Below are positions 46,036 to 54,886 of a stretch of DNA of 59,810 bases, one piece after another. Both the position numbers and the translations under genes were made by a program. The notes under the pieces were generated by a model. The model did no database searches, was not told the DNA's origin, and was given only the letters and a program-made list of their open reading frames with translations. Source of the DNA: Rhodocyclaceae bacterium (GTDB lineage: Bacteria > Pseudomonadota > Gammaproteobacteria > Burkholderiales > Rhodocyclaceae); the NCBI GenBank assembly GCA_020849155.1, contig JADLGU010000302.1:1-59810 (forward strand). Direction: 5' to 3'. Each line of letters opens with the position of its first letter. The first letter of the stretch is position 1.

Positions 46036-47844
46036 TCAGGCTCCGGCCGAGGCGCGACGCGTAACCATGGCGATCAGCTCGCCGACGTTCCTCACGGCAT
46101 TCGCCTCGCGCGGGTCGTGGCGAAAGACGAAGCCGTCCTCCAGCGCCAGCACGAGGCGGATCTGTCCGAGCGAATCCCAGGCGCGTAGCTTGTGCGGCCC
46201 CAGCTCATCCGTCACCTTGTCGACGGGAAGGCTGAACACCTCGGCGACGATCTCGCGCACGCGCTGTGCCAGCGCCGCGCCGGTCAGCTGCGGGCCGCCC
46301 ACCGCCGGCGCGGAGGCCGCCGCGACTTCATGCGCCATCGTCGCGGCGAACGCCCTGCGATTGATCTTGCCGGGACCGGTGCGTGGCAACTTATCGAGGA
46401 AATGGAAGGAGGTCGGCACCTTGAAGGCCGGCAGCCGCTCCTGGGCGAAATGCAGCAGCTCGGTGCCGCCAAGCGCCGCGCCGGTGTTTTTCACCAAGCA
46501 GGCGACGACGTCCTCGCCCAGCATCTCGTGCGGCAGGCCGATCACCACGACGTCCTTCACCGCCGGGTGCTGCATCAGCACCTTTTCGACCTCCACCGGC
46601 GAAATCTTGTGGCCGCCGCGGTTGATGATGTCGCTCTTGCGTCCGGTCAGGTAGACGAAGCCGTCGGCATCCAGGTGGCCGAGGTCGTTGGTATGGAACC
46701 AGCCGTCCTGCCACGGCGACGCCGGATGCCCATCGGGGCCGAGATAGCCGAGCATAACGTTGTCGCCGCGCACGACCACCTCGCCCTCCTCCCCCGGCGG
46801 CAGGAAGCGGCCGGCCTCGTCCATGATGCGCACCTCGTTGACCGCCAGCGGCCGGCCCACCGACTCCACCTTGCGCCGCGCCGGATCGGTCTCGTTCAGC
46901 GTGATGCCGCAGGTCAGCTCGGTCAGCCCGAAGCCCTGCACGACCGGGATGCCGAAGCGGGCCTCGAAGCGCTCGACCAGCTTGGGCGAAAGTGGCGCCG
47001 AGGCCGAGCCGATGTACTTCAGGGAGTGGCGCGCACGCGCGTCGGGGCCGGCCTCCTGGTCGGCGAGGACCGCCAAAACACTCGGTACCACCTGTACGAA
47101 ATTCACCTCGTGGCGCGACACAAGCGGCCAGAAGGTCTCTTGCTCGAAGGCTTCGCAAAGCACCGTCGCGCCACCCTGCCAGAAGGGCATCAGCACGTTG
47201 CGGTACATCCCCGATGCGTGAAACAGCGGCAGCACACAGAGATGCCGGTCGTCCCCGCCGAGGCCGTAGGCGGTGACCATCGCTTTCAGTTCGGCAATCA
47301 TGTTCCTCTGCGAGATGCTGATGCGCTTGGGCCGGCCAGTCGACCCGGAGGAGCACATGATGTAGGCGGGATCGTCGGTCGCGATCCCTGCCATCGCGGC
47401 GAACGGCTCGCGTCCGGCGCTGCCGGCGAACCCCGCGGCCACGGTCATCGGCGTCAGCCGGCCGGCGGCCGGCAGCCGTCCTTCTACGAAGACGCCGGCA
47501 TCGACGAAAACGATCCTCACCGGCAGGCCCTCGATAGCGCCTTCGAGTTCGCCGGCGCTGTAGTCCGATCCCATCAGCAGGGGCCGTACGCCCGTGGCCA
47601 ACGCAGCCAGGAACAGCGCAATGTTCTCGGGGGAATTCTTCAGCGCCATGACGGCATGGTCGCCCGCCGACAGCCCGGCGTCGGCCAGCAGGCCGGCGGC
47701 GCGGCGCACCAGTTCACCGAACTCGGCATAGCTGTACCGGCGATCGCCATCGGGCAGGATCAGGAAAGTCCTGTCGGCGAATCGCGTCAGGCGGTCCTGT
47801 ACGAGCCTAGCCATGTTTGGAAAATCAATCACAACCCTGTCCAT
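46036..47844 (-). CDS. AMP-dependent acyl ligase fused to a C-terminal acyl carrier protein (A-T didomain)
   Basis: SSGSTGRPK, QGFGLTE, HTNDLG, GRKSDII, PRTGPGKINR; C-terminal ACP with WDSL (phosphopantetheine Ser). Confidence 0.85.
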   Translation of the reverse strand: MDRVVIDFPNMARLVQDRLTRFADRTFLILPDGDRRYSYAEFGELVRRAAGLLADAGLSAGDHAVMALKNSPENIALFLAALATGVRPLLMGSDYSAGELEGAIEGLPVRIVFVDAGVFVEGRLPAAGRLTPMTVAAGFAGSAGREPFAAMAGIATDDPAYIMCSSGSTGRPKRISISQRNMIAELKAMVTAYGLGGDDRHLCVLPLFHASGMYRNVLMPFWQGGATVLCEAFEQETFWPLVSRHEVNFVQVVPSVLAVLADQEAGPDARARHSLKYIGSASAPLSPKLVERFEARFGIPVVQGFGLTELTCGITLNETDPARRKVESVGRPLAVNEVRIMDEAGRFLPPGEEGEVVVRGDNVMLGYLGPDGHPASPWQDGWFHTNDLGHLDADGFVYLTGRKSDIINRGGHKISPVEVEKVLMQHPAVKDVVVIGLPHEMLGEDVVACLVKNTGAALGGTELLHFAQERLPAFKVPTSFHFLDKLPRTGPGKINRRAFAATMAHEVAAASAPAVGGPQLTGAALAQRVREIVAEVFSLPVDKVTDELGPHKLRAWDSLGQIRLVLALEDGFVFRHDPREANAVRNVGELIAMVTRRASAGA

Positions 47845-47922
47845 CAATTCAACACCAAAGTCTGACTCTAACCATTAATTGAGGGGTATGTGGTCCGCCT
47901 CAGTGCCTATCATGGAATGCAA

Positions 47923-48663
47923 TCAACCATATTCACGCCAATGGTCGATCGTCACATACCCTTTTTCCATCATGAATTCCGCCCAATGCAAGTCAGCCAG
48001 ATCGTCGATGTCGACAGAGTGGTAACGATCCATGAGATGGCCGTAGACGCCCGTGCGGTCCTGAAAGATCCATTGATACTTCTTGAAGTAGTCCCACCTA
48101 AAGAGATAAAAGGTGCCATTCATCGTAACTTCCTTGGGCAGCGTCTGCCTTAGGCCCGTTTTCTCTCTAATGGCGTTCATCTTGTCGACGATTTCTGTCA
48201 GGCAATAGTTGTCGTCCATAGCCCCTACAACTGTGCTGGGGCGTTCAACTTGGCGAACGCCAACAACGGCGTTTGCTCCAGTTTGGCGCATCAACTCAAC
48301 GGCTTTGTCATAGTCATCTGCCTTGGAAAACGGGGACGACGGCTGTAGCAGCATCACGGCGTCATAGCGCTCGCGCCCCTCCCGCTCGATCCACTCCATG
48401 GCGTGCAGGATAACGGGTCCGCTCTTGGCGGTGTCGCTGGCCAGCTCCGCCGGCCGCGTGAACGGCACCTCGACGCCATGGCGACGGGCATCGTCCTGGA
48501 TCTCCGCACTGTCGGTGGAGATGATCAGCCGCGCGCAGTGCTGGCTCTTGCGCGCGCTGATCGCCTTGTAGCCGACCAGTGAAATGCCGCCGATGCGGCG
48601 CAGGTTCTTGCCCGGCACGCCCTTGGAGCCGCCGCGCGCGGTGATGAGGAACAGCACCTTCAT
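47923..48663 (-). CDS. neuA: Acylneuraminate cytidylyltransferase (NeuA/LegF)
   Basis: ARGGSKGVPGKN, ISTDS, PFTRPAELASD, LLQPSSPF, SVDIDD..D. Confidence 0.92.
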   Translation of the reverse strand: MKVLFLITARGGSKGVPGKNLRRIGGISLVGYKAISARKSQHCARLIISTDSAEIQDDARRHGVEVPFTRPAELASDTAKSGPVILHAMEWIEREGRERYDAVMLLQPSSPFSKADDYDKAVELMRQTGANAVVGVRQVERPSTVVGAMDDNYCLTEIVDKMNAIREKTGLRQTLPKEVTMNGTFYLFRWDYFKKYQWIFQDRTGVYGHLMDRYHSVDIDDLADLHWAEFMMEKGYVTIDHWREYG

Positions 48664-49643
48664 GCCGTGGCTCCTAGCGTACGGTCGGTCACCGCGTCCG
48701 CCATGCGCCCGGCGAGCAGCATGGTGCGGTGTGCTCCGGCCAGGTCCTGCGCCGGCCAGCCGGGATCCTCGCCGCGCACGAGGCGGCAGAAGGCCGCCAT
48801 CTGGCCATGGAAGCCGGGCTTGCAGCGTCGGTCTTCCTCGCTCGGCGCGATCTCGTGGCGCTGCCCCTTGGCGTCGATCCAGACCCCCGCCTCGAGCGGC
48901 TTGAACTCGACGGTGACGCCCTGGCCGCTCAGCATGACGCGCCAGCCGCCGGGGGAGAGCCAGTGCGCGGAGTACTCGCCGAGGGCGCCCGAGTCGAAGT
49001 TCATGATGGCGGCGAACTGGTCGCCGAACGGTTCGCGGCGGCGGTGGGTGAGGCAGTGCATCTCGTCCACCTCGCCGCCGAAGAAGCGCAGCAGGTCAAT
49101 GGTGTGCGTGGCATTGGCATAGATCCAGCCGTCGAGCACGGCCTGCGGATGCCGGCCGGTGGCGCGCACGGCGTCGATGCGCTCGTGGCCCTCGATGAGC
49201 AGGCCGAGGAGCGGGCCGTGGCGGCGGATCACCTCGAGCCCCTGGTGGAACACCGAGTAGTAGCGGCGGTTGTAGCCGACCATGCTGCGCACGCCGCGCT
49301 CGCCGGCCAGCCGGGCCAGCTCGGCGCTCTCGGTCGGCGTAAGGCCGGCGGGCTTCTCGATGAAGAGCGGCAGCCCGCACGCCATGGCCTGTCGCGTCAC
49401 CGCGCCGATGTTCGCCGCGGAGACGAGGATGAGCAGCCCGTCCGGCCGCGCCTCGCGCAGCAGGCCGTCGAGGTCGTCGGCGACGCAGGGAATGGCGAAG
49501 CGCGCCGCCAGCGCCTCCGCCTTGGCGCGGGTGCGCGAGGCGATGCCGACGACGCCCGCCCCCGCCAGGCCCTGCAGGGCCTCGAGATGCTTCACCGCGA
49601 TGTTGCCGGCCCCGACGACGCCGAGGCGCACCCTGTCCTTCAT
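48660..49643 (-). CDS. Gfo/Idh/MocA oxidoreductase
   Basis: ATG at 49643; VVGAGNIA..H, FIEKP, VGYNRRY, HTIDL. Confidence 0.88.
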   Translation of the reverse strand: MKDRVRLGVVGAGNIAVKHLEALQGLAGAGVVGIASRTRAKAEALAARFAIPCVADDLDGLLREARPDGLLILVSAANIGAVTRQAMACGLPLFIEKPAGLTPTESAELARLAGERGVRSMVGYNRRYYSVFHQGLEVIRRHGPLLGLLIEGHERIDAVRATGRHPQAVLDGWIYANATHTIDLLRFFGGEVDEMHCLTHRRREPFGDQFAAIMNFDSGALGEYSAHWLSPGGWRVMLSGQGVTVEFKPLEAGVWIDAKGQRHEIAPSEEDRRCKPGFHGQMAAFCRLVRGEDPGWPAQDLAGAHRTMLLAGRMADAVTDRTLGATA

Positions 49644-49653
49644 TTCGTCCGCC

Positions 49654-50700
49654 TCATGTGATCGGCACGTCGAATTCGAGATCGTCGCCGGCGAGCGGCA
49701 GCGCCACCCGCGCGCCGCCGCGTTGCGACGACAGATGGAAGCCGATGACGACATCCACGGCGTCGATGCCGCCGTGCACCGTGTCCTCGCGCTGCGGCCC
49801 GAGCAGGTCGTCGAGGCAGGCCCGCGTGGCCAGCACGACATCCATGGCGTCGCCGGCTTCGAACGGCACCCGCTCGGGCATGACGAAGCGCGTCTTGACG
49901 ACGCCGCGCTGCGCCGCCGGGCGGGCGAAGATCTCCACCTTGCCGCCCTGCGGCGGCGTCCAGTTGTCGAGATTGACAACGCCCTGCGTGCCGACGATCT
50001 GCATGAACGGCGTGATCGCCGCCTCGCCCGAGAGCTGGAAGCAGGCCGTCATGCCGTTGGCGTAGCCGACGATGCCGCGGCCGCCCGGGTCGAGGAACTG
50101 CGCGCCGCGGACGTTGGGCGCCGGGTCGCGGTCCACTTCGCCCGAGACCCAGACGGCACGCGCGCCGGCCAGCCAGGCCACCAGGTCGAAATAGTGCGTG
50201 CCGATGCAGCCAAGGCCACCGGCGCCGACCGAAACGTTGATGTGGTGCAGCTCGCCGATGGCGCCGCCGTCGAGCAGCTGCTTCAGGCGGATGCTGCGGT
50301 CGTAGAAGCGCCGCGCCAGGTTCACCGCCAGCCGCGTGCCGGCTGCCGCGCAGGCCTGCGCCATCTCGCGCGCCGCCCGGCCACTGGTGGCCATCGGCTT
50401 CTCGCACAGGATGTACGGATAGCCGGCGGCGGCGGCGGCCAGGGTAATGGCATGGTGGCTCGGGCCGTTGGTGGCGATCAGGACGACATCGACCTGGCCG
50501 CGCTCCCGTTCGAGCAGGTCCTGCCAGCGCAGATAGGCGCGGGGCGCTTCGCCACAGAGTTCGGCGGCGGCCGGAAAGGCGGCTTCCGCGGCGTCGCACA
50601 CCGCGGCGATGCGCAGGCCGGCCTGGCGCGCGGCCTGGATCTGGCGCCGGCCCATGCCGCCCAGCCCGATCACCGCCGCCCGCAGCGAAGCCGTCTCCAT
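49654..50700 (-). CDS. Gfo/Idh/MocA oxidoreductase
   Basis: ATG at 50700; VIGLGGMG, ATNGPSH, LCEKPMA, GTHYFDL. Confidence 0.88.
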   Translation of the reverse strand: METASLRAAVIGLGGMGRRQIQAARQAGLRIAAVCDAAEAAFPAAAELCGEAPRAYLRWQDLLERERGQVDVVLIATNGPSHHAITLAAAAAGYPYILCEKPMATSGRAAREMAQACAAAGTRLAVNLARRFYDRSIRLKQLLDGGAIGELHHINVSVGAGGLGCIGTHYFDLVAWLAGARAVWVSGEVDRDPAPNVRGAQFLDPGGRGIVGYANGMTACFQLSGEAAITPFMQIVGTQGVVNLDNWTPPQGGKVEIFARPAAQRGVVKTRFVMPERVPFEAGDAMDVVLATRACLDDLLGPQREDTVHGGIDAVDVVIGFHLSSQRGGARVALPLAGDDLEFDVPIT

Positions 50701-51695
50701 CACAGCTCCACCGGCTCGCTGTCGAGCAGGGCGCGCAGCTCGGCGGGCGGCATCCAGACCGGGTTGCTGTCGCTGCTGTAGGCAAAGCCCTCCCCGACCG
50801 GCTTGCCGCCGGTGGCGGCGAGATAGCCGGCGCGGTCCCACCAGTCCGTCGCCGGCTGGATGACGTAGTGATCGTCGAATTCCGCGGTGTTCCAGGCGTC
50901 GTCCGGCGTGATCATGATCTCGTGCAGCTTCTCCCCCGGCCGGATGCCGATGACTTCCGTGCGGCATTCCGGCGCCACGACCTTCGCCACGTCCATGATG
51001 TTCATGCTCGGAATCTTCGGCACGAACACCTCGCCGCCGCGCATGCGCTCGAGGCAGTCGACGACGAACTGCACGCCCTGGCCGAGCGTGATCCAGAAGC
51101 GTGTCATGCGCGGGTCGGTGATGGGCAGCACGCCGGAGGCGCGGCGCTGCATGAAGAAGGGGATGACGCTGCCGCGCGAGCCGATGACGTTGCCGTAGCG
51201 CACCACCGAGAAGCGCGTCCGCTGCGGCTCGGCCAGTGCGTTGGCGGCGACGAACAGCTTGTCGGAGCACAGTTTGGTCGCCCCGTAGAGGTTGGCCGGG
51301 TTCGCCGCCTTGTCGGTGGACAGGGCGATGACGCGCTCGACGCCTTGGTCGATGCTGGCGCTGATGACGTTGCCGGCGCCCATCACATTGGTGCGGATCG
51401 CTTCCATCGGATTGTGCTCGGAGGCCGGCACCTGCTTCATGGCGGCGGCGTGGACCACGACATCGATGCCGTCGAGAGCATGGTACAGGCGCTCCTTGTC
51501 GCGCACGTCGCCGAGCACCCAGCGCAGGCGGGCGTCGCGGTAGCTCTGCTGCATCTCGAACTGCTTGAGCTCGTCCCGGCTGAACACCACCAGCCGCTGC
51601 GGATTGTGCCGTTCGAGCACCGTCCTGACGAAGCGCTTGCCGAAGGAGCCGGTCGCTCCCGTCACCAACACCGATTTGCCGTCGAGATATGACAT
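50700..51695 (-). CDS. pseB: UDP-GlcNAc 4,6-dehydratase (inverting)
   Basis: TGATGSFG, SRDELKQFEM, HAAAMKQVP, NLYGATKLCSDKLF, MTRFWITL, VPKIPSM, YSSDSN. Confidence 0.9.
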   Translation of the reverse strand: MSYLDGKSVLVTGATGSFGKRFVRTVLERHNPQRLVVFSRDELKQFEMQQSYRDARLRWVLGDVRDKERLYHALDGIDVVVHAAAMKQVPASEHNPMEAIRTNVMGAGNVISASIDQGVERVIALSTDKAANPANLYGATKLCSDKLFVAANALAEPQRTRFSVVRYGNVIGSRGSVIPFFMQRRASGVLPITDPRMTRFWITLGQGVQFVVDCLERMRGGEVFVPKIPSMNIMDVAKVVAPECRTEVIGIRPGEKLHEIMITPDDAWNTAEFDDHYVIQPATDWWDRAGYLAATGGKPVGEGFAYSSDSNPVWMPPAELRALLDSEPVEL

Positions 51696-51698
51696 CGC

Positions 51699-52625
51699 CT
51701 ACTCCATGACCGCATGTAAAAGCTCTTCGCGCCGCCCCTCGGATTCCTGGCGGCGCAAGGCGTGGAAGAAATCGTCGAGCCGGCCCAGGCCGGCGCCGAT
51801 CGTCGCGCGCGCTCGGGCGGCATCCAGCGACATGTCCGCCGGCCGCCTGGCGGCCAGCCCGGCGTCGCGCAGCCTGCCCGGCCGCACCAGCTCCGCCGGC
51901 AGGTCGAAGGCCCGCGCCAGCCGCAGCGCGAATTCGTATTTCGAGACCCGCTCGTCGCCGGGCACGTTGAACGTTCCGCCGGCCGACAGCGTGACGAGGC
52001 GGTGCGCCGCCGTCGCCAGGGCATCGGCGAGGATCGGCGTGAAGTACACATCGTCGAACATCGTAATTTCCTTGCCGGCGCGCAGGGCCTGGAGGATCCA
52101 GTCGCTGAAGGACTGGCGGCGGGCGTGCCCCCAGCCGAAGAAGTTGGTGCGCAGGATGAGCGCCTGCGGATGGGCCTGCCGAACCCACTCCTCGGCCAGC
52201 AGCTTGCTGCGGGCGTACTCGTTGAGCGGCTCCGGCGCGTCGTCCTCGCGGTAGCCGCTGCGCGTCCCGGCGAACAAGTGGTCGGTCGAGATGTGCACCA
52301 GGCGGATGTTCCGCCCGGCCGCCGCCGCGGCGACGTTGCGGGCGAGCTCGGCATTCACCCGGCGCGCCAGGGCGGGATCCGCCTCGCAGGCGTCAACGCT
52401 GGTCAGGCCGGCGGCGTGCACGACGAGATCCGGACTCAGCTCGGCGAACTGGCGCGACAGGCGGTCGGCGTCGTCGAGATCAACGGGCAGCGCCGTCGCG
52501 CCGCGCAGCGAGACACGATGGCGGTGCGTGCCGAGCATCACGTCCCAGCGCTCGCGCATCGCGCAGGCCCAGTTGAGGGCGAGCAGCCCGCTGCCGCCGG
52601 TGATCAGGAGCCGGTCTTTAGGCAT
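51699..52625 (-). CDS. RmlD-like NDP-4-keto-sugar reductase
   Basis: ITGGSGLL, HAAGLTSVD.CE, HISTDHLF.G, PLNEYARSK, F.DVYFTP. Confidence 0.85.
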   Translation of the reverse strand: MPKDRLLITGGSGLLALNWACAMRERWDVMLGTHRHRVSLRGATALPVDLDDADRLSRQFAELSPDLVVHAAGLTSVDACEADPALARRVNAELARNVAAAAAGRNIRLVHISTDHLFAGTRSGYREDDAPEPLNEYARSKLLAEEWVRQAHPQALILRTNFFGWGHARRQSFSDWILQALRAGKEITMFDDVYFTPILADALATAAHRLVTLSAGGTFNVPGDERVSKYEFALRLARAFDLPAELVRPGRLRDAGLAARRPADMSLDAARARATIGAGLGRLDDFFHALRRQESEGRREELLHAVME

Positions 52626-52950
52626 GGTGATCCCCCAACTCCTTCTTTAGCCGCTCGATCTCCTCGCGCGCCCCCCGATATTCGTCTTCCTTCAGACGCA
52701 GGAAGGCGCGCGTCAGCTCCAGCTTGGCGGCGATGCCGCTCGGCGTGAGCAGGTAGGCATAGGCTAGTTTGTTGTCGCTGCGGCGGAAGTTGTTGGCCTT
52801 GACCAGACCCTTCTCGAGCAGGGCCTTCATCAGGTAATGGGTCTTGCCGAGGCTCACGCCGAGGGCGCGCGCAAGCTCCCGCTGGCTGATCTCGGGCTGT
52901 TCCTCGATCAGGCGGAGAACGCGATAGTGGGCGGCTTCCCTGGGGGTCAC
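52618..52950 (-). CDS. EPS-associated MarR-family transcriptional regulator
   Basis: P.ISQRELA..LGVSLGK.HY..KAL.EKG.VK..NF..S.NK..Y.YLLTP.GI..K; GTG start. Confidence 0.92.
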   Translation of the reverse strand: MTPREAAHYRVLRLIEEQPEISQRELARALGVSLGKTHYLMKALLEKGLVKANNFRRSDNKLAYAYLLTPSGIAAKLELTRAFLRLKEDEYRGAREEIERLKKELGDHHA

Positions 52951-52955
52951 GACAG

Positions 52956-52989
52956 TCCGTTCAATAGTTGAACGGATGAGAATTTAGCA
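52956..52989 (-). promoter_or_regulatory. Perfect palindromic operator plus extended -10 upstream of the MarR regulator
   Basis: TCCGTTCAA-tag-TTGAACGGA (52956-52976); - strand TGcTAAATT at 52989-52981. Confidence 0.7.
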
Positions 52990-53016
52990 CGATATCAGGG
53001 ATTTGGGAAGCTTGCC

Positions 53017-54024
53017 CTAGACCCGGTAATAGCCCCGGTACCACTCGACGAAGCGGTGCACGCCGTCCTTGACCGGGGTGGCGGGAGCAAAGCCGGTGGC
53101 GGCGCGCAATTCGGCCGTGTCAGCGTAGGTGGCAGGCACGTCGCCGTCCTGCAGCGGCAGGAAGTGCTTCTCCGCCTTTCGGCCGAGCGCCGCTTCCAGG
53201 GCTTCGATGTAGGCCATCAGTTCGACCGGTTGGTGATTGCCGATGTTGTAGACGCGCCAGGGCGCCCAACTCGTGGCGGGGTCGGGGCGGTCCTTGACGA
53301 AGGACGGATCGGGCGCGGCCGGCTGGTCGAGCACGCGCACCACGCCTTCGGCGATGTCGTCGATGTAGGTGAAGTCGCGCTGCATGCGGCCATGGTTGAA
53401 GACGTCGATCGGCCTGCCCTCGAGAATGGCTTTGGCGAACAGGAAGTAGGACATGTCCGGCCGACCCCAGGGCCCATAGACCGTGAAGAAGCGCAGGCCG
53501 GTCGCCGGCAGGCCGAAGAGATGGCTGTAGGTGTGCGCCATCAGCTCGTTGGATTTCTTGGTGGCGGCGTAGAGGCTGACCGGGTGGTCGACGCTGTCGT
53601 GCTCTGAGAACGGTATTTTGGTGTTGCCGCCATACACGCTGGAACTGCTGGCATAGACGAAGTGGCGGACCTTGCCGTGCCGGCAGCCTTCGAGCAGGTT
53701 CACGAAGCCGACCAGGTTGGACTGGGCGTAGGCATGCGGATTCTGAAGCGAATAGCGCACGCCGGCCTGCGCGGCGAGGTTGATGACGCCGTCGAAGCCC
53801 TCCTTGCGGAAGAGTTCGGCCACGCCGGCGGTGTCGGCGATGTCGAGCCGGTGGAAGCGGAAGCCCGGCCGGCCCACCAGCTGCGCGAGGCGCGCCTCCT
53901 TCAAGCCGACGTCGTAGTAGTCGTTCAGGTTGTCGATGCCGTCCACTTCGTCGCCGCGCGCCAGCAGGCGCTGGGCGACGTGCATGCCGATAAACCCGGC
54001 GGCGCCGGTGATGAGGACTTTCAT
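53017..54024 (-). CDS. UDP-glucuronate 4-epimerase-like NAD-dependent epimerase
   Basis: [59 protein letters not shown]. Confidence 0.92.
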   Translation of the reverse strand: MKVLITGAAGFIGMHVAQRLLARGDEVDGIDNLNDYYDVGLKEARLAQLVGRPGFRFHRLDIADTAGVAELFRKEGFDGVINLAAQAGVRYSLQNPHAYAQSNLVGFVNLLEGCRHGKVRHFVYASSSSVYGGNTKIPFSEHDSVDHPVSLYAATKKSNELMAHTYSHLFGLPATGLRFFTVYGPWGRPDMSYFLFAKAILEGRPIDVFNHGRMQRDFTYIDDIAEGVVRVLDQPAAPDPSFVKDRPDPATSWAPWRVYNIGNHQPVELMAYIEALEAALGRKAEKHFLPLQDGDVPATYADTAELRAATGFAPATPVKDGVHRFVEWYRGYYRV

Positions 54025-54030
54025 GATCGG

Positions 54031-54459
54031 TCAGAACTCACGCAAGACTTTGAAGCCCTCTCGCTCGGCGGCCGCGCAGAGCCTGGTGTCGAGGCAAATG
54101 AACTGCCAAGCGTGCGGGCGATGATCGCAAGCAACCAATGCCGCGGCAAGCTGCAAAGCATCGGCCGAGCGCAGCGGATGCACGCGCAACAGGCGCGCGG
54201 CCGTCTCCCGCACCACGTCGAGCGGCTGGACTTCGTGCCACGATTCGTTGATTTCCTTCAGGCGGCGCAAGGCTTCGGTGACCTTGCCAGCCTCCAGTCC
54301 GCCTTCACGCTCCAGGCGTGCCAGGGCCGACATGCATTCGACCGGTGTTCCCCACCAGGCAACGGCTTCGGGATTCGAGGAGTAGAACTTTCGCAGGCCG
54401 GCACTGCTGGATTCATGGACAACCAGGGGCAATACAGCCGAACTGTCCCAGAAATTCAT
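54031..54459 (-). CDS. vapC: PIN-domain toxin, type II TA
   Basis: FWDSSA, VEC.SALAR, LRSADALQLAAA, F.CLD.RL..AA. Confidence 0.88.
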   Translation of the reverse strand: MNFWDSSAVLPLVVHESSSAGLRKFYSSNPEAVAWWGTPVECMSALARLEREGGLEAGKVTEALRRLKEINESWHEVQPLDVVRETAARLLRVHPLRSADALQLAAALVACDHRPHAWQFICLDTRLCAAAEREGFKVLREF

Positions 54460-54746
54460 CGACCCTGCTCGCGTTCCTCGAGCAGCAGCGCCAAAGCACT
54501 GGCGCTTTGGCGAAGCCGCAACGGCTGTTCGAGCGCCCAGGGCGCGGTCCGGCCGCGCCGGATGATCCCTTTGCGCACGAGCAAAGCCAGGCTGCCGGAA
54601 GCGGTCTCGGATTCTTCCGGGGCGATCGGTATCAGCTTGGCCACCGGGCGGTCGCGGTCCGTGATGACAACGGTCTCGCCATGCCTGACCTGCTCGATCA
54701 GGGCGCTGAGTTGATTCTTTGTCTGGGATATCGAAGCCAGTTTCAT
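54456..54746 (-). CDS. Phd/YefM-family antitoxin
   Basis: SIS.TKNQLSALIEQVRHGETVVITDRDRPVAKLIP; ATGA overlap with vapC. Confidence 0.9.
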   Translation of the reverse strand: MKLASISQTKNQLSALIEQVRHGETVVITDRDRPVAKLIPIAPEESETASGSLALLVRKGIIRRGRTAPWALEQPLRLRQSASALALLLEEREQGR

Positions 54747-54747
54747 G

Positions 54748-54781
54748 TGGCTATTATAGCCAGAATGGGTCGGGGGCTCAA
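54748..54781 (-). promoter_or_regulatory. sigma70 promoter of the TA operon with overlapping operator palindrome; likely leaderless mRNA
   Basis: - strand TTGAGC (54781-54776), 17-nt spacer, TATAAT (54758-54753), 6 nt, then ATG; palindrome TGGCTAT-t-ATAGCCA (54748-54762). Confidence 0.75.
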
Positions 54782-54886
54782 TTCAGCTGCCCTTGTCCCA
54801 CGGGGATTTCCTGCGGTCATCGGGCTGATAGAATTCGGCCCTGCCTCGAACAAGAAGAACCGCAGTCCCTTCACAACGCCGGGCCC

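Noticed and set aside
46036-47844. NRPS/PKS secondary-metabolite cluster
   Set aside because: No condensation, ketosynthase or thioesterase domains; the context is entirely sugar biosynthesis
50700-51695. Complete pseudaminic acid pathway, or an FnlA-type L-FucNAc pathway
   Set aside because: pseC/G/H are not in the window; the protein has PseB-type RFWITL/KIPSM motifs rather than FnlA-type, and no FnlB/FnlC was recognised
48660-52188. 844-aa ORF 49654-52188 and 439-aa ORF 48660-49979 as multidomain proteins
   Set aside because: The extensions overlap pseB, the rmlD-like gene and the neighbouring Gfo gene in other frames; the true Gfo genes start at 50700 and 49643
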